DNA of 64,000 nt from Octopus vulgaris. Lineage: Eukaryota. The number at the start of each line of letters is the position of its first letter. Position 1 is the first letter of the stretch. This document shows positions 57,301 to 64,000 of the stretch, piece after piece. The notes beneath the pieces are model-generated. The model did no database searches. It had not been told where the DNA came from and was given only the letters and a program-made list of their open reading frames with translations. Location: NCBI GenBank assembly GCA_951406725.2, contig OX597842.1:9982001-10046000 (forward strand), written 5' to 3'. The translations under genes and the position numbers were made by a program.

Positions 57301-58483
57301 CTACCTAATTTTACTCCCGTAACACTTCCCAATTTTAGCAAGCTAAACTACAGCTCTGCTTTAATTCAGCTCTATATTACAATCACAATTTAACCAGCTA
57401 ATCTACAGTTGTACCATACTTCAGTAGCTTTTGTTTTTCTTTTTTAACAGTATCACAATTTAACAAGCTAAAAAAGCAAATATCACCTAAATCTACTTCC
57501 GTAACACTTCTCAATTTAACAAGCTAATATACGGCTCTGCCTTGCTTGATCTAGTTTTCATAACCTTAAAATTCAAAATTCTCGACTATACATATGATCT
57601 ACTTTAAGCGCACTGACCTCATTTCAATTTAACAAGCTAAACTTCAGTTCTACCTTACTTTAAAACTCGCAGAATTTAACAAGTTGAACTACAGCACTGC
57701 ACCAACTGACACCTTGGCCAAGTGTCTTCTCGATCTAGCCTTGGACAGACCAAAGCCTTGAGAGTGGATTTGGTCGACGGAAAGTGAAAGGAAGCCCGCC
57801 GTGTGAGTGCCTTTGCGTCCTTGCCCTGCCACTGCTTGATAACCGGTGTTGGTTTGTTTGTTTCCGTAACGTAGCAGCTGGGGAATGTATAGTATAGTAG
57901 TTAGTATTAGACAGACCTATGATCAAAGACATTCCAGCTATGACCATCCCATCTTTTATTCAGGCATAGTGTATCTAGGATTACATTATCCTAATGTACA
58001 GTATAGTAGTTAATATTAGTGGCTATAGTTGTTGTTGTTTAGCCCTAGGTCAGTCCTGATCCAGATAGACCTATGATCAAAGACGTTCCAGCTGTGATCC
58101 TCCCATCTTTTATTCAGGCATAGTGTATCTAGGACTACATTATCTAATGTACAGTATAGTATTTAGTATACTTAGCAGAAAATATGTACAGGGGCCAATT
58201 CGTAAGAGACACTTATAATTTAACAAGCTAAACTACACCTCTGCCTCTATACTTTAAACCAGCAAAATTTACCAAGCTAAACTACAACACTGCTGTGTAA
58301 TTATATTGATGTTATATAACACAGAAGAATGTGTAAAAGTACAAACAGCTTAAAAGATTTATGGACGTCCTCGGCTTCTGTTTTGAATGTATGTCACTTT
58401 AGGCACACCATAAAAAGCCTTTGAGAAAGGCTTAAACGTCACTACTTCACCATATTCACAGATACAGTTAAACTACAGCTCTG

Positions 58484-58852
58484 GGATCTTTTCAGTCTGA
58501 CCGGCAGATTTTTAAAATAATTTCTTTGTAACTAAACACTTTTAAACTTCGTATACTGGTAGAATGTGTTTATAAAACATCTTTTTCTCTTGGCTTTATT
58601 GAGAAAATTCTATAGTTTGTAAGATATTTGTTGTTGTTTTTTCTTCAATTTCTACAATTTCAACCAATCAATGACGTCTATTGAGGTAAAAAAAACATTC
58701 TGTGCCATATGAATATATCCCTCGTTTTAGAAACAGGGATCGTTTCGGTTTGACCAGCAGTTTTTAAAAATAATTTCCACATAACTAAACACACTTTTAA
58801 ACAGATTGGGTTTACTTAAATTTGTGAAGAAAAAAAGATACCCTTCCCCCAC
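58484..58852. mobile_element. Truncated and rearranged copies of the GGATC-TIR MITE
   Basis: ggatcttttcagtctgaccggcag... at 58484 and a second start near 58737. Confidence 0.55.
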
Positions 58853-58854
58853 AC

Positions 58855-59635
58855 CTATTTCTTTACTGCTCACAAGGGGCTACACACAGAGGGGACAAAC
58901 AAGGACAGACAAACGGATTAAGTCGATTATGTCAACCCCAGTGCGTAACTGGTACTTATTTAATCGACCCCGAAAGGATGAAAGGCAAAGTCGACCTCAG
59001 CGGAATTTGAACTCAGAACGTAACGGCAGATGAAATACCTATTTCTTTACTACCCACAAGGGCCTAAACAAGGACAGACAAAGGTATTAAGTCGATTACA
59101 TCGACCCCAGTGTGTAACTGGTACTTATTTAATCGACCCCAAAAGGATGAAAGGCAAAGTCGACCTCAGCGGAATTTGAACTCAGAACGTAACGGCAGAC
59201 AAAATACCTATTTCTTTACTACCCACAAGGGGCTACACACAGAGGGGAAAAACAAGGACAGACAAAGGAATTTAGTCGATCATATCGACCCCAGTGTGTA
59301 ACTGGTACTTATTTAATCAACCCCGAAAGAATGAAAGGCAAAGTCGACCTTGGCAGAATTTGAACTCAGAACGTAATGGCAGACGAAATACTTATTTCTT
59401 TACTACCCACAAGGGGCTAAACACAGAGGAGACAAACAAGGAGAGACAAAGTGATTAAGTCGATTACATCGACCCCAGTGCATAACTGGTACTTAATTTA
59501 TCGACCCTGAAAGGATGAAAGGCAAAGTCGACCTCGGCGGAATTTGAACTCAGAACCTAACGGCAGACTAAATACCTATTTCTTTACCATCCACAAGAGG
59601 CTAAACAAGGACAGACAAAGGGATTAAATTGATTA
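58855..59635 (-). mobile_element. SINE family C, tandem array of 4-5 units
   Basis: Repeated atcgaccccgaaaggatgaaaggcaaagtcgacc. Confidence 0.75.
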
Positions 59636-61886
59636 CAAGATCACTCGGAGAGTGCATAATCTGCCGAAAGGATGAACCAAATTCGACCTCTCAATGATTA
59701 GCCAGGGATGGAAAGAGAATATCCGAAATACATTTGACTGCTCTCACAAACGAGAATACTAAAAATTTTAAAAAAAAAATAAGGTAATCCAGCTCGCTTG
59801 GCTGGTATCGCATTGTTTGTTAGCATGTGTGTCGCTTGGTTTCCTTTCTAAAAATAGCTTGAGGTTACACTACAACCACAGTGGACAATGGCTAGTTGTA
59901 GTTCTGGGGAACTAGGTCATACTAACATCCTCCTTAGATCGGTTTTATAAAGGCTGGCTACCACTCCTATCTCAATTAATTGTGTAAAGAATGAAAATTA
60001 AAATAAACAAGATCACTCGGAGAGTGCAAACCTCTGCCAAGGCAACACCAAAGACCTCTCAATGATTAGCCAGGGATGGTTTTTAAAATGAGAATATCCG
60101 AAATACATTTGACTGCTCTCACAAACGAGAATACTAAAAATTAATTAAAAAAAAAATAAGGAAAAATAATCCAGAATCCTTGGCTGGTATCGCATTGATC
60201 CCAAAATCTAATACATTCGTGCCAGTCGTGAGGCCAAACATTCCTGCAAGTTTCATCCAAATCCATCCAGTGGTTCTTGAAATAACTTGTCCATGGACAA
60301 ACAAAGACAACTGAAAACAATACCTCCAACTTCGCTTAGGCGGAGGCAATAATAATAATAATAATAATAATAATAAGAGCTTTCAGAGAGAGCAAACTTC
60401 CACCAAGGCAACACCAAAGTCCTTTCAACAATTAGCCAGGGATGATTGTTAAAATGAGAATATCTGAAATAAACTCAACTGCTTTTACAAATGAGAATAC
60501 TAAAAATGAACCTGACTGCTCTCAAAAATTAAGTAAAGAAAACAGGTAAAATAATCCAGAATCCTTGGCTGGTACTAGATTGACCCCAAAATCTATTAAG
60601 TTTGTGCCAGTTATGGGGCCAAATATTCCTGAAAGTTTCATCCAAATCCATCCAGCGGTTCTTGAGATATCTTGTCCATAGACAAACAAGCAAACACAAC
60701 TGAAAACAATAACTCCAACTTCACTTTGGCGGAGGCAATAATAACAATAATAATAATAATAATAATAATAATAAGAGCTCTCAGAGAGAGCAAACTTCCA
60801 CCAAGGCAACACCAAAGTCCTTTCAACAATTAGCCAGGGATGATTGTTAAAATGAGAATATTTGAAATGAACTCGACTGCTTTCACAAAGAAGATATTAA
60901 AAATGAACCTGACTGCTCTCAAAAATTAAGTAAATAAAACAGGTAAAATAATCCAGAATCCTTGGCTGGTACTAGATTGACCCCAAAATCTATTAAGTTT
61001 GTGCCAGTTATGGGGCCAAATATTCCTGAAAGTTTCATCCAAATCCATCAGCGGTTCTTGAGATATCTTGTCCATAGACAAACAAACAAACAAATACAAC
61101 TAAAAACAACACCTCCACCTTCGCTAAGGTGGAGGGAATAATAATAATAACAAGAGCACTCAGAGAGTGTAAACCTCTGCCAAGGCAACACCAATGTCCT
61201 CTCAATGATTAGCTAGAGATGATTTTTAAAATGAGAATATCTGAAATAAACTTGACTGCTCTCACAAACAAGAATAGTAAAAATGAACCTGACACCTCTC
61301 AAGAATTAAGCTTTAAAAAAAACAGGAAAAATAATCCAGACTCCTTGGCTGGTACTAGATTGATCCCAAAATCTAATCATCTCATGCCAGTCATGAGGCC
61401 AAACATCCCTAAAAGTTTCATCCGAATCCATCAAGCAGTTCTTGAGATATTTTGTCCATGGACAAACAAAGACAACTGAAAACAATACCTTAGCAAAGGT
61501 GGAGGTAATAATAATAATAACAATTACACTCAGAGAGTGAAAACCCCTGCCAAGGCAACACCAACATCCTCTCGATAATTAACCAGAGATGATTATTAAA
61601 ATGAGAATATCTGAAATAAACTTGATAGCTCTCAGAAATGAGAATATTAAAAATGAACCTGACTGCTCTCAAAAATCAAGCTTAAAAAAAAACAGGAAAA
61701 ATAATCCAGAATCCTTGTCCGGTATTGCATCGATCCCAAAATCTAATCAGTCCGTGCCAGTTACAAGACCAAACATCCCTGAAAGTTTCATCTGAATCCA
61801 TCCAGTGGTTCTTGAGATATCTTGTCCATGGACAAACAAACATAACTAAAAAACAATATCTCCACCTTCACTAAGGCAGAGGTAAC
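59634..61886 (+). mobile_element. Head-to-tail array of about 6 Helentron/DINE-like elements (about 370 bp units)
   Basis: Units start aacaagagcactcagagag, contain aagtttcatccaaatcc and (caaa)n, and end in the stem-loop acctcc..ggaggtaat followed by (aat)n. Confidence 0.6.
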
Positions 61887-61894
61887 TCTATTGT

Positions 61895-62562
61895 CATGGC
61901 ATCTGTTGGTTACGACGACGAAGGTTCCAGCAGTTGATCTGATCAACGGAACAGCTTGCTCATGAAATTAATGTGCAAGTAAGTGGCTGAGCACTCCACA
62001 GACACGTGTACCCTTTATGTAGTTCTCGGGGAGATTCAGCGTGATACAGTGTGTGACAAGGGCTGGCCCCTTTGAAATACAGGTACAACAGAAACAGGAA
62101 GGAAGAGTGAGAGAAAATTGTAGTGAAAGTGTACAGGAGGGTTCACCAGCATCCCCTGTCGGAGCTTCGTGGATCTTTAGGTGTTTTCGCCCAATAAACA
62201 CACACAACGCCAGGTCTGGGAATCGAAACCGCGATCCTATGACCACAAGTCTGCTGCCCTAACCACTGGGTCATTGCAGAGCACTCTATCAGTTACGATG
62301 ATGAGGGTCCCAGCTTACTCTTTTACTCTTTGTTTCAGTCATTTGACTGCGGCCATGCTGGAGCACAGCCTTTAGTTGAGCAACTCGACCCCGGGACTTA
62401 TTCTTCGTAAGCCCAGTACTTATTCTATCGGCCTCTTTTGCCGAACCACTAAGTGACGGGGGACATAAACACACCAACATCGGTTGTCAAACAATGCTAG
62501 GGGGACAAACACAGACACACAAACATACACGCACATATATATATATATATATGATGATGATG

Positions 62563-62593
<31 letters not shown>

Positions 62594-63925
62594 TACGACG
62601 GGCTTCTTTCAGTTTCCGTCTACCAAATCCATTCACAAGGCTTTGGTCGGCCTGAGGCTATAGTAGAAGACACTAGCCCAAGGTGCCACGCAGTGGGACT
62701 GAACCCGGAACCATGCGGTTGGTAAGCAAGCTACTTACCACACAGCCACTCCTTCATGAAATTAATGTGCAAGTGGCTGAGCACTCCACAAACATGTGTA
62801 CCCTTAACGTAGTTCTCGGGGAGATTCAGCGTGACACAGTATGACAAAACCGGCCCTTTGAGATACAGGTACTTTTCATTTTTGCCAGCTGAGTGGACTG
62901 GAGCAACGTGAAATAAAGTGTCTTGCTCAAGGAGACAACACTTCACCTGGAATTGAACTTACGACTTTATGATCGTGAGCCGAGTGGTTAGGACATATAT
63001 CATGGCACTCCATCGGTTACGATGACGAGGGTCCCAGCTGATCCAATCAATGGGACAGCCAGCTCATGAAATTAACAAGCAAGTGGCTGAGTACTCCACA
63101 GACAAGCATACCTTTACATGGTTCTAAGGGCCTACTCTGGCTCCCTATTGGTTACAACCATGAGGGTCCCAGCTGATACGATCAACGGAACAGCTTGCTC
63201 GTGAAATTAATGAGCAAGTGGCTGAGTACTCCACAGACAAGCATACCTTAACGTGGTTCTAAGGGCCTACTCTGGCTCCCTATTGGTTACAACCATGAGG
63301 GTCCCAGCTGATACGATCAACAGAACAGCTTGCTCGTGAAATTAACATGCAAGTGGCTGAGTACTCCACAGACACGTGTACCCTTAATGTAGTTCTCGGG
63401 GAGATTCAGCGTGACACAGAGTGTGACAAGGCTGGCCCTTTTTTGAAATACAGGTCCTACTCATTTTTGCCAGCTGAGTGGACTGGAGCAATGTAAAATA
63501 AAGTGTCTTGCTCAAGGACACAACACGTTACTAGGAATTGAACCCACGACCTTACGATTGTGAGCCGAATGCCCAAACCACATACATTAGCAAGAATCCA
63601 AATCACTAGATTTATTCAACTTCTTATTTAGTTGCAAGAATTACAATTTTTATTTATTTAGATGTATTAGTGTGGAGGTGCATGGATTAGTGGTTAGGGT
63701 GTCAGCACCATGATCGTAAGATTGTGGTTTCGATTCCTGGACCGGGCGACGCATTATGTCCTTGAGCAAAACACTTCATTTCACGTTGCTCCAGTCCACT
63801 CAGCTGGCAAAAATGAGTAACGCTGCGATGGACTGGCGTCCCGTCCAGCTGGGGAACACATACGCCATAGAAACCAGGAAACCGGGCCCATGAGCCTGGG
63901 TAGGCTTTAAAAGGGCGCATTTATT
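61895..63925. mobile_element. Dense cluster of nested and tandem tRNA-SINEs
   Basis: Multiple tail-Y modules, both head types and a family A insertion. Confidence 0.7.
62316..62753 (-). mobile_element. SINE family A, full length
   Basis: Head-to-tail match. Confidence 0.8.
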
Positions 63926-64000
63926 ATTTTTATATCCGCTCGAAACATTAAATCCCCCTTCTTTTTTTCCTTTCCTGAGTGTCCAATAACACTACACTTG

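Overview
Repeat-saturated animal genomic DNA. The (TA)n/(TAGA)n microsatellites and SINE repertoire suggest an octopus or other coleoid cephalopod (inference). Nearly all ORFs in the supplied track are microsatellite or SINE artefacts. Reading splice sites by hand gives one complete minus-strand gene: 9 phase-consistent GT-AG coding exons (22084->6717, 2280 nt, 759 aa) encoding a CNBD2/CRIS-like protein with one intact and one degenerate cyclic-nucleotide-binding domain, plus a candidate RFX X-box promoter. There are also 3' exons of an unidentified minus-strand gene (48376->45760) and a possible first exon near 1935. The rest is SINEs, CR1/RTE LINE ends, a mariner relic, Helitron and Helentron-like elements, MITEs and satellites (49, 121, 150 bp). 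The most unusual signal is a set of sequence-unrelated, (TA)n-associated non-coding elements, several of them long fold-backs, carrying type I hammerhead-ribozyme motifs. One is textbook-perfect (31487-31566) and one has a compensatory G3:C8 core. These are probably non-autonomous Penelope-like or retrozyme-type elements.
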